Source: Candidatus Latescibacterota bacterium
Lineage (GTDB): Bacteria > Latescibacterota > UBA2968 > UBA8231
Direction: 5' to 3'
DNA: 64,000 bases
Assembly: GCA_965203175.1 (NCBI GenBank)
Contig: OZ241867.1
Span: 2,464,001 to 2,528,000, forward strand
Made by a program: the position numbers and the translations under genes. Below are positions 55,405-64,000 of the stretch, piece by piece. Positions within the stretch are counted from its first letter, which is position 1; every line of letters starts with the position of its first letter. The notes under the pieces were generated by a model that saw nothing but the letters and a program-made list of their open reading frames with translations, made no database searches and was not told where the DNA came from.

Positions 55405-56706
55405 ATGAAGCGATACCTTAGCATCCTCGTCGCCCTGTGCGTCTTCGTCGCTCTGTTCATACAGTTTAGCGGCAAGGACGTGGACAACAACCACTTCGTC
55501 GCCGAAATGCCACCCGAGTATTTCGCCTTCCCCCTTGACGAGGACATCATCCGCCAAGCGGGACAGGGGCGGCGGGATGGGGTCGAGTGGTACGCCGAGG
55601 GGCGCAAAAAAAACGTGCTTTTTCCAAGCACTATCGACTATGAGATAGCCGATCCCCACAATAAAAACATCGCTATAGGGTACTATCTACAAGATGTTCC
55701 CTTGGCCAATGAAGAGTCTATGGGTGTGGACAGTCGCTCCCTAGACTGGAATTTCGACAAAGAGCCTAAAACCCCTACCCTGTCTAAAACATTCGATTTG
55801 TCGGCAACTGCTTATGCCCAACTCGACTCGAGTACATCGAAAAGCGGACGGCAGCCCCGGTTGTCGCAAATGATCAACTTGTCGAAGCTTGGTCTGTCGG
55901 CAACTAATCAGACCCGCCTCGATTCCCTGTATGCAAATCGCCGTTCGCTCAGACTGTCCGAGATATTCGACTTATCGCAATTCCGTCTATCGGCCGCCCG
56001 AGCCGAACTCGACTCCTTCTACGAAAGATCGGATAGATCCTATAGGATCGTCTCTTCGAGTGCGGAATACGCGATTATTGATACGACAGGTAGGAGGTTG
56101 ACGCTCTACGTACCAATGGACGAAATGGACGACAAAGGTTATCTACGCACTTCGCCCTCGCTCTCTGAACATCTCGATTTGTCGGGATTGGGTCTGTCGG
56201 CAGCGGCTCAAGCCCAACTCGACTCCATGTACGAACGTCGCCGCCCAGTCAAAGCATTTGAGGAACTCGATTTGTCGGGAATGTCTGCTCCCGACTTTAC
56301 CGCCTATGACCTCGATGATCAGTTAGTATCGCTGAGCCAGTTCCAAGGGCAGGCGGTCTTTCTCTACTTCTGGGCGAGTTGGTGCGGGCCATGTATCAGC
56401 GCGCTGCCCGATCTCCAAAACATCAAGCAAAAAGTGGCTGGTCAGCCGGTCGTCTTCCTCAATCTGTCCTTGGACAGCGACAAGGGCAATTGGAGGCAGG
56501 CGATCGCGAAGCACCGGATCGAAGGCATTCACTTGCGAGTGGGTGGCTGGAGTTCGGACGCCGCAATAGCCTATAGTGTGGGCCGGTTGCCTTCGTATTA
56601 TTTGATAGACGCCCAAGGGCTAGTTGTAGAGCGGCTGTCTAGAGTACGGAATACCCCGAAGGTCGTCGCCAAAATTGCCGAGAGCGTATATCCGTCGGGT
56701 GGCTAA
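55405..56706 (+). CDS. Shortened TlpA-like paralog with the same internal repeats
   Basis: N-terminal signal/TM; LSxxxDLSxxGLSxxxQAQLDS repeats; FLYFWASWCGPC, LPSYYLID. Confidence 0.82.
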   Translation: MKRYLSILVALCVFVALFIQFSGKDVDNNHFVAEMPPEYFAFPLDEDIIRQAGQGRRDGVEWYAEGRKKNVLFPSTIDYEIADPHNKNIAIGYYLQDVPLANEESMGVDSRSLDWNFDKEPKTPTLSKTFDLSATAYAQLDSSTSKSGRQPRLSQMINLSKLGLSATNQTRLDSLYANRRSLRLSEIFDLSQFRLSAARAELDSFYERSDRSYRIVSSSAEYAIIDTTGRRLTLYVPMDEMDDKGYLRTSPSLSEHLDLSGLGLSAAAQAQLDSMYERRRPVKAFEELDLSGMSAPDFTAYDLDDQLVSLSQFQGQAVFLYFWASWCGPCISALPDLQNIKQKVAGQPVVFLNLSLDSDKGNWRQAIAKHRIEGIHLRVGGWSSDAAIAYSVGRLPSYYLIDAQGLVVERLSRVRNTPKVVAKIAESVYPSGG

Positions 56707-56762
56707 TCGCCAGACTAGTCGAAGGTCACAAAGAAGGGTCGGTAAGCTGGTAATAGGTCGAC

Positions 56763-56803
56763 TTTTGCTCTTAAGTTACTTATTTCGTAACTTAAGAGCA
56801 AAA
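56763..56803. promoter_or_regulatory. Perfect 17-bp inverted repeat, likely the AbiEi autoregulatory operator
   Basis: TTTTGCTCTTAAGTTAC-ttatttc-GTAACTTAAGAGCAAAA; the last A is the A of the ATG. Confidence 0.8.
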
Positions 56804-57462
56804 TGCAACAATTAACCGAACAGATTATCCGATTATCTCCCCCAGGAGGACTCTTCGACCATACTGTCATAGGCAATCTGTTCGCCGATGCGTCCCCAGG
56901 GGCCAGAAAGCAGCTAATTCACCGGGCTACCCGCGCTGGCGAGATTCTGCGCCTCAAACGGGGATTATTTACATTGGACAAAGTGTTCCGCAAGTCCGAA
57001 CTCCATCCCTTTGCCCTTGCAGCCGTGCTGCATGCCCCTTCGCATATCAGCCTCGAAACCGCCCTTTGGCACCACGGTCTCATTCCCGAAGCTGTTTACC
57101 AGATCAGCAGCGTTACCACTGCGCGCAGTCAGACTGTTTCAACCCCCCTAGGCGTCTTCTCTTTTGATCGAGTTCCATCGCTCCATCCCCGGGCCGGAGT
57201 TGAGGCGACTCAGCTAGAGAGAGGCGAGTGGGCGTTTATTGCCTCGCCGTTGCGCGCCATTGCCGACGCCGTGTACCTCCACCGAGAAATTGGCTGGAAG
57301 CGAGATGGTCTGAGTTATTGTACCGAGTCCCTGCGGATTGAGGAAGACGATCTGGCCCAGATCTCCTTTGCACATAGCGAAGAAATTTGCGCTGCCGTAC
57401 GCAATCGCAGGACGAGGGCCTATCTGGAGGGACTCGAAAAGGCGGTGAACCATGTTTCATGA
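56803..57462 (+). CDS. abiEi: AbiEi-like type IV antitoxin / transcriptional regulator
   Basis: ILRLKRGLF, PSHISLETALWHHGLIPEAV, ISSVT, IASPLRAIAD; overlaps abiEii. Confidence 0.85.
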   Translation: MQQLTEQIIRLSPPGGLFDHTVIGNLFADASPGARKQLIHRATRAGEILRLKRGLFTLDKVFRKSELHPFALAAVLHAPSHISLETALWHHGLIPEAVYQISSVTTARSQTVSTPLGVFSFDRVPSLHPRAGVEATQLERGEWAFIASPLRAIADAVYLHREIGWKRDGLSYCTESLRIEEDDLAQISFAHSEEICAAVRNRRTRAYLEGLEKAVNHVS

Positions 57463-58315
57463 TGTGGTCGCGGCCAAGCTCGGCGAATACGATCTAGGCA
57501 ATGCAGTGGAACAGGAAAACGCATTGCAGGAGTTGATGCAGCACTATATTCTAGCCAGCTTGTCCCGCGCCGGACTGTTTGCAGAGGCCATGTTTCACGG
57601 TGGAACGTGCCTGCGCATCGTCTATGGTATAAACCGTTTTTCACAAGACCTAGATTTTTTGTTAAAGAAGCCCAATCCGCACTTTGTTTGGCAGCCTTAT
57701 TTGGCAAGGGTGCAGCGCGATTGCGCCCAAGAGGGGATCGACTTTGAAATCCAAGACAAATCGGATGTCGATGGGGCAATGCGCAAAGCCTTTGTAAAAA
57801 CGGATTCTATCGGCAAAGTGATGACCCTAGGGCTTCCCTACGGGCGACAGGCCCAAAGAAAAATTCGGGTAAAGCTCGAAATCGATACCAATCCTCCAGA
57901 GGGATCCCGTTTTGAAACCAGTTATATCTCGTTCCCGGTGACGGCTCCTATCACCGTTCAGTCCCTAACTTCGGGTTTTGCTACCAAATCCCATGCGCTG
58001 TTGTGCCGCACCTATACCAAAGGTCGGGACTGGTATGATTTAATTTGGTATGTAGGACGCCGAGTTGAGCCCAATCTCAAACTCTTGGCCAATGCCCTCT
58101 TGCAGCAAGGACCTTGGAAAAATAAAAAGCAGGAAATCACTGTGGCGTGGCTGCTAAATGCCCTGCGCGACAAGATCGGCACCATTGACTGGCGAGTCGC
58201 CCGCAGCGATGTGCAGCGCTTTCTGCCGACCAAGGAACAAGCGGGATTGCAGGTGTGGAGCGAGAACTTCTTTTTGCACCAAGTCACCCAGATGGAGGGC
58301 TATTTGGCCGATTAA
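57452..58315 (+). CDS. abiEii: AbiEii-family nucleotidyltransferase toxin
   Basis: FHGGTCLR, RFSQDLDF, KLEIDTNPP, K.HALL.R, KGRDWYD. Confidence 0.92.
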   Translation: MFHDVVAAKLGEYDLGNAVEQENALQELMQHYILASLSRAGLFAEAMFHGGTCLRIVYGINRFSQDLDFLLKKPNPHFVWQPYLARVQRDCAQEGIDFEIQDKSDVDGAMRKAFVKTDSIGKVMTLGLPYGRQAQRKIRVKLEIDTNPPEGSRFETSYISFPVTAPITVQSLTSGFATKSHALLCRTYTKGRDWYDLIWYVGRRVEPNLKLLANALLQQGPWKNKKQEITVAWLLNALRDKIGTIDWRVARSDVQRFLPTKEQAGLQVWSENFFLHQVTQMEGYLAD

Positions 58316-58393
58316 CTAAAAAATACTTTTTGAGTTACCTTGTACGAACGGTTGAATAAATCCTCTATACTCGTTCAACGAAAGCCAACGCAC

Positions 58394-59143
58394 ATGACCA
58401 CAGCGATATTTGCCGGGCGCACCGCCTTGGTAACGGGCGGCAGTCGCGGCATCGGCCGCGCCATCGTCCAAATGCTGGCCGAACACGGAGCCAAGGTCGC
58501 CATCAACTACCAACACAACGCCGAGGCCGCGCAGGAAATCTTGGCGCAGGTCGAGTCGTGCGGCACCGAGGGCATGGCCGTCCAAGCCGACGTGTCGCAG
58601 CAGGCAGAAGTCGAGCAGATGATCGCCCAAGTGCGCGCGGCATTCGGGCCGGTCGAACTGCTGGTCAACAACGCCGGGATTGCCTATACCCAAGAGCACG
58701 GCGAGTTCGGCTTTGCCGAGTGGGATAGGATGTTTGCGGTCAACGTCCACGGGCCGTTTTTGACCACCTGGGCCGTCAAGGACGAGATGATCGCGCGGCG
58801 CTTTGGGCGGATTGTCAATATCTCCTCGCTGGCCGCTTGGCTGCTCAAGCCGAACATGATCCACTACGCTACGACGAAGGCAGCCGTCATCGCCTTCACT
58901 CGGCAATGCGCCCAAGCGTTTGCCGAGCACAATGTGCGAATCAACTGCCTAGCGCCGGGGCTAACGGATACCGAGCTGGCGCGCTCGGCCAACCCCGGCC
59001 AAGTCGCCGAGCTCATCGCCAGCACTCCGCTGGGACGGATGGCCGATCCGGCGGAGATGGCGTCGGTGGTTCGCTTTTTATTGTCTGAAGAATCCAGTTT
59101 TGTCACCGGACAGACGATTACCGCCTGCGGCGGCCGGTCGTAG
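58394..59143 (+). CDS. Short-chain dehydrogenase/reductase (FabG-like)
   Basis: TGGSRGIG, NNAG, NISS, YATTK. Start at ATG 58394. Confidence 0.92.
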   Translation: MTTAIFAGRTALVTGGSRGIGRAIVQMLAEHGAKVAINYQHNAEAAQEILAQVESCGTEGMAVQADVSQQAEVEQMIAQVRAAFGPVELLVNNAGIAYTQEHGEFGFAEWDRMFAVNVHGPFLTTWAVKDEMIARRFGRIVNISSLAAWLLKPNMIHYATTKAAVIAFTRQCAQAFAEHNVRINCLAPGLTDTELARSANPGQVAELIASTPLGRMADPAEMASVVRFLLSEESSFVTGQTITACGGRS

Positions 59144-59154
59144 GTAGAAAGGCT

Positions 59155-60525
59155 ATGGCGATGCACAGCGAAATATACGCGGCCTACGGAGCGGCGCGCC
59201 CCCGGTCGCAGGAGTACTTTGCCCGCGCCTGCAAGACGCTTGGCGGTAAGGTGGGACACGACCTGCGCTATGCAACGCCGGTGCCGCTCTACATCGAGCG
59301 GGGGGCCGGTGGCCGCAAGTGGGATGTCGATGGCAATGAGTACATCGACTTCCTGCTTGGGAATGGTGCCCTGCTCTTAGGGCACGCACCCGCCGAAGTC
59401 GTAGAAGCCATCGCTGAAGCGGTGGGGCGTGGAACGCACTTTGGCAATGATCATCCACTGCACATTGAGTGGGCCGAGCGCATACAGGCGCTGGTTCCCT
59501 CGGCTGAACGAGTGCGTTTGGTCAATTCGGGGACGGAGGCGACCCTGCTGGCGCTGCGCTTGGCGCGGGCGTTTACCGGCCGCCGCAAGATCCTGCGCTT
59601 TGCCGGCCACTTTCACGGGTGGCACGACGACGTGATGCGCGGCGTGCAGCCGCCCTTTGACGCGGACGGCTCGTTGGGCATCCCGCCGCACGTGCGCGAG
59701 CACGTGGTCTGCGTGCCAGCGGGGGATGCGGATCAAGTCGCCGATGTCCTCGACGCCGACAGCGACATTGCGGCGGCGATTATCGAGCCGTCGGGAGGGT
59801 CGTGGGGAAGAGTGCCTTTGGCGCCGGAGTTTTTGCGCGATTTGCAAACAATGACCAGCGCGCGCGGGGTGATATTGATTTTCGACGAGGTAGTTACCGG
59901 CTTCCGCTTTAGTCCGGGCGGTGCGCAAGTGCTCTACGGGCTGCGGCCGGACCTGTCTTGTTTTGCCAAGGTGGTCGCCGGCGGCATGCCCGGTGGGGCC
60001 GTGGTGGGCCGAGCGGACATTATGGAACTCTTCGATGTGACGGGCGACGCCCGCCCGCGGGTGACGCATCAAGGGACTTTTAATGGGGCACCGCTTTCGG
60101 CCGCGGCTGGGATCGCCGTGCTCAAGCGCGTGGCCACGGGCGAGCCGATAGACCAAGCCAACGCCCGCGCCGCTGAACTGCGCGCTGCCTGGGACGAAGT
60201 ATTGGAGCGCCGAGGCATCGCAGGGTACGTGTACGGGGTGTGTTCGACCTTTCACGTCTATTTTGAGACCGATCGTCAGCGCGTGCAAAAGGCCCAGAGC
60301 CGGGCGGATTTGCACACGACCGAGGCTGACCGGCTCAAAGGGATGCCGGGGAAGCTGATCGAAGAGTACCAGCGCCATCTGCGCTTTTACGGGGTCGATA
60401 ACATGAGTTCCACCGGCGGCGTACTCTCATCGGCGCACACGGCTCAAGATGTCGAGGAGGCGACCGCGGCGTTTGCCCAGACGGTTGATTCGCTTTTGGC
60501 GCAAGAGTTGATTCTGACATTGTAG
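59155..60525 (+). CDS. Class III aminotransferase (glutamate-1-semialdehyde aminomutase-like)
   Basis: WDVDGNEYIDF, NSGTEAT, FHGWHD, IFDEVVTGFR, AKVVAGGMPGG, HQGTFNG. Confidence 0.9.
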   Translation: MAMHSEIYAAYGAARPRSQEYFARACKTLGGKVGHDLRYATPVPLYIERGAGGRKWDVDGNEYIDFLLGNGALLLGHAPAEVVEAIAEAVGRGTHFGNDHPLHIEWAERIQALVPSAERVRLVNSGTEATLLALRLARAFTGRRKILRFAGHFHGWHDDVMRGVQPPFDADGSLGIPPHVREHVVCVPAGDADQVADVLDADSDIAAAIIEPSGGSWGRVPLAPEFLRDLQTMTSARGVILIFDEVVTGFRFSPGGAQVLYGLRPDLSCFAKVVAGGMPGGAVVGRADIMELFDVTGDARPRVTHQGTFNGAPLSAAAGIAVLKRVATGEPIDQANARAAELRAAWDEVLERRGIAGYVYGVCSTFHVYFETDRQRVQKAQSRADLHTTEADRLKGMPGKLIEEYQRHLRFYGVDNMSSTGGVLSSAHTAQDVEEATAAFAQTVDSLLAQELILTL

Positions 60526-60603
60526 CACTGCGGCCTTGCCGTATGGCGCAGTCACTCGTACTTTTGGTTACAATCCCTTGACATTTTGCCGCGAGGAACG
60601 TCT

Positions 60604-62079
60604 ATGGCCGAAGTCGTTCGCCACAACTGTGGTTTGACCGTAGCCCACTCTCTGCACGACGCCTACCGCTTTATTCATTCGCTACAGCATCGGGGCCGGG
60701 AGGCGGCCGGTATTGCTGCAGTAGGCGATGGCCGCATCGACGTGATCAAGTGGAAGGGCGGGGTCTCGCGCTTCGACGTAACCGACCTCCACAAAATTTT
60801 CCTCAGCCCCAACTACCACACCTACATGGCCCACGTGCGCTACGCCACTCGCGGCTCGAAGGACAAAATCCTCGAGGAAGCGCATCCGCACGTCATCGGC
60901 GGTTCGGTCGAACACCGCGACAATCACATCCTGATCTGGGACTGCGATGTGGCGGCCGTCCACAACGGCCAAGTTGACCGGGCCTTCTTCCAAGACTCGG
61001 CTCCCTTGCCCCTGTATTCGAGCTGCGACACGGAGGCTCTGCTCTACCTCTACCGCGAGCGCGGCGCGCACAACTTCCTCAAGGAAGTGCCCGGTGCCTA
61101 TACCTTGGCCATTGCCGACAAGCGCGAGCGCGATGTGATCGCAATCCGCGACCGCACTGGGATTAAACCTGGAGTGCTCGGCTGGAAAGACGGCAAGTAC
61201 GTGATGGCCTCGGAGGACATCGCCTTCCGCAAAAACGGTGGCGAATACGTCGAGGACCTGGAACCGGGAGCGATCTACTCTCTCACGCCCGAAGGGAACT
61301 ACAACAAGGAAGTTGTGGTATCGACCAACCTCGCTTATTGCTTTTTTGAATGGAACTACATCACCGACCTCGACTCGATCATCAACGGCGTCAGCGTGCG
61401 CCGCATCCGCGAATCGCTGGGAGAGATGCTCAGCGAGGAATTTCTGCCGCCCGACGTCGATCTGGTTACGTACTTGCCGCGCTGTCCCGAGGTGGCGGCC
61501 CGCGCCTACGCCAAGCAGGCGGAACTGCCCTTTGAGCCCGTGTTCTACAAGATGCGCGGCGAGCGCTCGTTCCAAGGCTCGACTGCTGGCGAGCGCAAAG
61601 AGTCGATCGACCAGAACCTGCACCTTTTGCCCGGGATGGCGCAAAAGCTCAAAGGCAAGACCGTAATCCTGATCGATGACAGCATCATCCGCGGCAACAA
61701 TTCCAAGCGCGCCTGCGACCTGCTCTACGAGGAAGCTGGCGTCGGGCAGGCCTATTTGGTGAGTTACACGCCGCCGATTGGCATTATTGGCGATGATGGC
61801 GTGCCGAGGGGATGCACCTTTGGGGTGGATATGCCGCCGGACCCGCCGCCGGGCGACGAGTTTATCGCGCGTGGGCGCACGGCCGAGGCCATCGGCGAGG
61901 CAATGGGGATGCCCGTGATTTACTTGTCGCGGCAGGGGATGCTAGATGCCTTTGTGCGCGCTGGCCTGCCCGAGCGCGATTTGTGTACGTACTGCATAGG
62001 CGGGCGCATGCCCTTTGAAGCGGCCGGATCGCTGATCCAAATTGGCGACAGGCCCCAGCTCGACTTGTGGCGGGCTTGA
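60604..62079 (+). CDS. purF: Amidophosphoribosyltransferase (divergent)
   Basis: Propeptide then CG, LQHRGRE, HVRYAT, HNGQ, DTE, CFFEW, LIDDSIIRG (PRPP loop), CTYC. Confidence 0.85.
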   Translation: MAEVVRHNCGLTVAHSLHDAYRFIHSLQHRGREAAGIAAVGDGRIDVIKWKGGVSRFDVTDLHKIFLSPNYHTYMAHVRYATRGSKDKILEEAHPHVIGGSVEHRDNHILIWDCDVAAVHNGQVDRAFFQDSAPLPLYSSCDTEALLYLYRERGAHNFLKEVPGAYTLAIADKRERDVIAIRDRTGIKPGVLGWKDGKYVMASEDIAFRKNGGEYVEDLEPGAIYSLTPEGNYNKEVVVSTNLAYCFFEWNYITDLDSIINGVSVRRIRESLGEMLSEEFLPPDVDLVTYLPRCPEVAARAYAKQAELPFEPVFYKMRGERSFQGSTAGERKESIDQNLHLLPGMAQKLKGKTVILIDDSIIRGNNSKRACDLLYEEAGVGQAYLVSYTPPIGIIGDDGVPRGCTFGVDMPPDPPPGDEFIARGRTAEAIGEAMGMPVIYLSRQGMLDAFVRAGLPERDLCTYCIGGRMPFEAAGSLIQIGDRPQLDLWRA

Positions 62080-62104
62080 CAGAGAGACATTTTGTACAGC
62101 CGAA

Positions 62105-62139
62105 GCGGGCGAGGGTGATTCCCTCGCCCGTATTTTTTT
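62105..62139 (+). terminator. Intrinsic terminator (same stem as 46916)
   Basis: GCGGGCGAGGG-tgatt-CCCTCGCCCGT-a-T7. Confidence 0.85.
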
Positions 62140-62155
62140 GGAGAAAGTTGGCCTT

Positions 62156-63838
62156 CTAGTCCCGTACGACGGCTAGACGGTGCAATGCCGTCTGACCGTC
62201 GGCTTCTAGGAGGAGGTGATAGATGCCGCTGGCGACGAACTTGCCGGCAGCGTTGCGCCCGTCCCACGGTACTACGTGGTTTTCGCGGGCGGCGCGGGGG
62301 CCTAAGTCTTTCCACCAGACCAAGTCGCCGTTGGTCGAAAGGATCGACAGGCGGGTCTGGGCGCTAGGGGCGGCCAAGTCGAAGACTAGGTGGGTCTGTC
62401 GGTGTTGGCCGAGGTGGAAGGGATTGGGGTAGCTGGGTTCGAACAGCGTGGCGAGGGCCGCCTGCGCGTCGGTCAGATCGGGGTCGAATTCCACGGACAC
62501 TTGGTAGGGATAGGCCACGCCGTGATCTTCGGCCGAGGAGATTACCAAGACGATCTCTTCGTACTGGTCCCAGTCAACGACGCGAATCGTCGGCTCGGCA
62601 ACCGGCCGCACCGCGATGCTGTCGGGACCGATTAAAAGCAGATGGCGACGCCAAGCACCAAGGGAGGCTGCAAAAGCAAGGGTGACGCCGCCTGGGCGGA
62701 GCTGGGGCGCGAGGCGTAGATAGCTGCTGCCGGTGGCGTCGAGCAGGCTCGAATCGCGGACGACTGCCTTGGCAGCGACTGCGAGGTCGTGGGTGGGGAC
62801 GAGCGGATATTTGTCCCCTTCGGCGTAAAATCCGCGGCGATGGCGGCGGCCGGTGAAGTAATTCCAGACGGCAAATTCGCCAATAGCAACGCCCAAGCCG
62901 CCCGGCTCAACGCGGCGGATGATGTGGTCGAAATGATCGAGACTGGCGCTTTGGCGCTCCTTGAGTTCTTCCCAGATCAGGCGGTTGAGATCGCGACCGT
63001 AGTGCTGGTCGAGGAAGTGGGAAAAGATTGCACTGCCGTAGGTGTGGGAGGCATTGACGTTGGAGTTGAGGGCGCGGTGGGGTATGCTGAGGAAGTGCAA
63101 CAAATACTGGAGATAATCGTCGATTTGTGGATAGGCCACTTCCTCCATCCAGGTCGAAGTCGATTCCTGCCACCAACTGCCCTCTCGCCCTGCGTAGTAG
63201 CCGAACTGAATGGCGTGGTGGAACTCGTGGGCGATGGTCACGCGCAGGGCGTCTAGCCCGCGAGTCTGTACGTAGCTGGGATCGGTGAAGTTGTTGTCGA
63301 TTTCGAGGTGGCTGTGCGTGACCGCGTTGGACGATCCGGGATAGGCACAGCCGTAAATAGGATCCGAGAACCCACAGCCTCCGTGCCCTAAGTCTATGAC
63401 GTAAACGTCGTATTCTTCGCCGCCGCCCAAGCCGTTGTCCGAAGGCGGCGGGTTGTAGCCAAGCTGTTCTACTTCCAACTCCCAAGTGCTGTCGAGGACG
63501 GTTGCGGCTAGGTCAATGTAGTCTGGGATGCCGTTGGCATCGTCATCGGTAGGATCAACCGCGTCGCTACCTTCGGTGTCGTAGTGGACGCGGAAGTGAC
63601 CCGAGGGGGTTAGCAAGCTGTGCTGAGTGCTAGGCCGGCGCTGTACGAGTTTTAGACGCTGGTGCTCGGTGCTCAGCTCTGAGATCGCGCTCATGGCTTG
63701 GAGCACGTAGGGGGTGCCGCAGCGCCGGGCGGACGGGGTGCTTTCTGCATGGCCGTCCACCGTGCCGAGAGACAACAGGACGATGAGCAATTTGGACACG
63801 ACAGCAATACCTGCCCGCTCCGCGCAAAACCCTTTCAT
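62156..63838 (-). CDS. Secreted zinc metalloprotease (MXAN_6640-like) with a C-terminal FlgD-Ig/T9SS-type sorting domain
   Basis: Signal peptide; HFRVHY, D.NGIPDY, AHEFHHAIQFGY, WWQESTSTWME. C-terminal SYPNPF...WDGRNAAG..VASGIY...RLAVVR. Confidence 0.85.
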   Translation of the reverse strand: MKGFCAERAGIAVVSKLLIVLLSLGTVDGHAESTPSARRCGTPYVLQAMSAISELSTEHQRLKLVQRRPSTQHSLLTPSGHFRVHYDTEGSDAVDPTDDDANGIPDYIDLAATVLDSTWELEVEQLGYNPPPSDNGLGGGEEYDVYVIDLGHGGCGFSDPIYGCAYPGSSNAVTHSHLEIDNNFTDPSYVQTRGLDALRVTIAHEFHHAIQFGYYAGREGSWWQESTSTWMEEVAYPQIDDYLQYLLHFLSIPHRALNSNVNASHTYGSAIFSHFLDQHYGRDLNRLIWEELKERQSASLDHFDHIIRRVEPGGLGVAIGEFAVWNYFTGRRHRRGFYAEGDKYPLVPTHDLAVAAKAVVRDSSLLDATGSSYLRLAPQLRPGGVTLAFAASLGAWRRHLLLIGPDSIAVRPVAEPTIRVVDWDQYEEIVLVISSAEDHGVAYPYQVSVEFDPDLTDAQAALATLFEPSYPNPFHLGQHRQTHLVFDLAAPSAQTRLSILSTNGDLVWWKDLGPRAARENHVVPWDGRNAAGKFVASGIYHLLLEADGQTALHRLAVVRD

Positions 63839-63867
63839 CGCCCTGCTTCCTTTCCTGAGTTGGGACA

Positions 63868-64000
63868 CTATTCGCCCAGCATTTCGACCCAGCTTTCAGG
63901 GTCGTCGCCGTCAATTCCGACGATCAATTCCAAGGTTTGTTCCATCCACAAGGTGTCCCCCGGCATCAATTCGCTCAGCGGGCCGACGTTTTCAATTTCG
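63868..64000 (-). CDS. C-terminal end of a CDS entering from the right edge
   Basis: Open frame EIENVGPLSELMPGDTLWMEQTLELIVGIDGDDPESWVEMLGE*. Confidence 0.65.
   Translation of the reverse strand, partial: EIENVGPLSELMPGDTLWMEQTLELIVGIDGDDPESWVEMLGE

Noticed and set aside
52491-56706. Diversity-generating retroelement or cassette shuffling behind the TlpA variants
   Set aside because: No reverse transcriptase, recombinase or adenine-specific template/variable repeat pair is visible; divergence is spread over whole genes.

Overview
A GC-rich bacterial chromosomal window, mostly core genes. A full-length SprA, a protein with an FlgD-Ig/T9SS-type C-terminal domain, and SelA point to a non-Bacteroidota FCB-superphylum organism, possibly Latescibacterota/Gemmatimonadota-like (inference only). 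In order it holds: a partial secreted protein; M16 peptidase, anmK and a DSD1-type enzyme; GtrA plus a GT22-like mannosyltransferase; feoAB; a tightly coupled minus-strand operon sprA-comEA-pilM-like-(repeat-stalk membrane protein)-coaD-dprA, divergent from lptFG; selA; a 6xLysM amidase; ATP-grasp-larE-def; tRNA-Asp; fbaB; and a peptide ABC operon interrupted by a decayed methyltransferase/DUF4258-DUF2283 islet. After these come P-II; a YtrA-type GntR-ABC operon with two permease/LVIVD-propeller fusions; an array of intact and dead TlpA paralogs with an unrecognised ~30-aa repeat and an IS5 remnant; an AbiEi/AbiEii pair with a perfect operator; an SDR, a class III aminotransferase and purF; and a CTD-bearing metalloprotease. 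The best candidate for an undescribed system is the T9SS translocon SprA in one operon with DNA-uptake genes and PilM/PilN-like proteins. No CRISPR array, rRNA or intact prophage was seen. All family calls come from motif recognition, not database searches.
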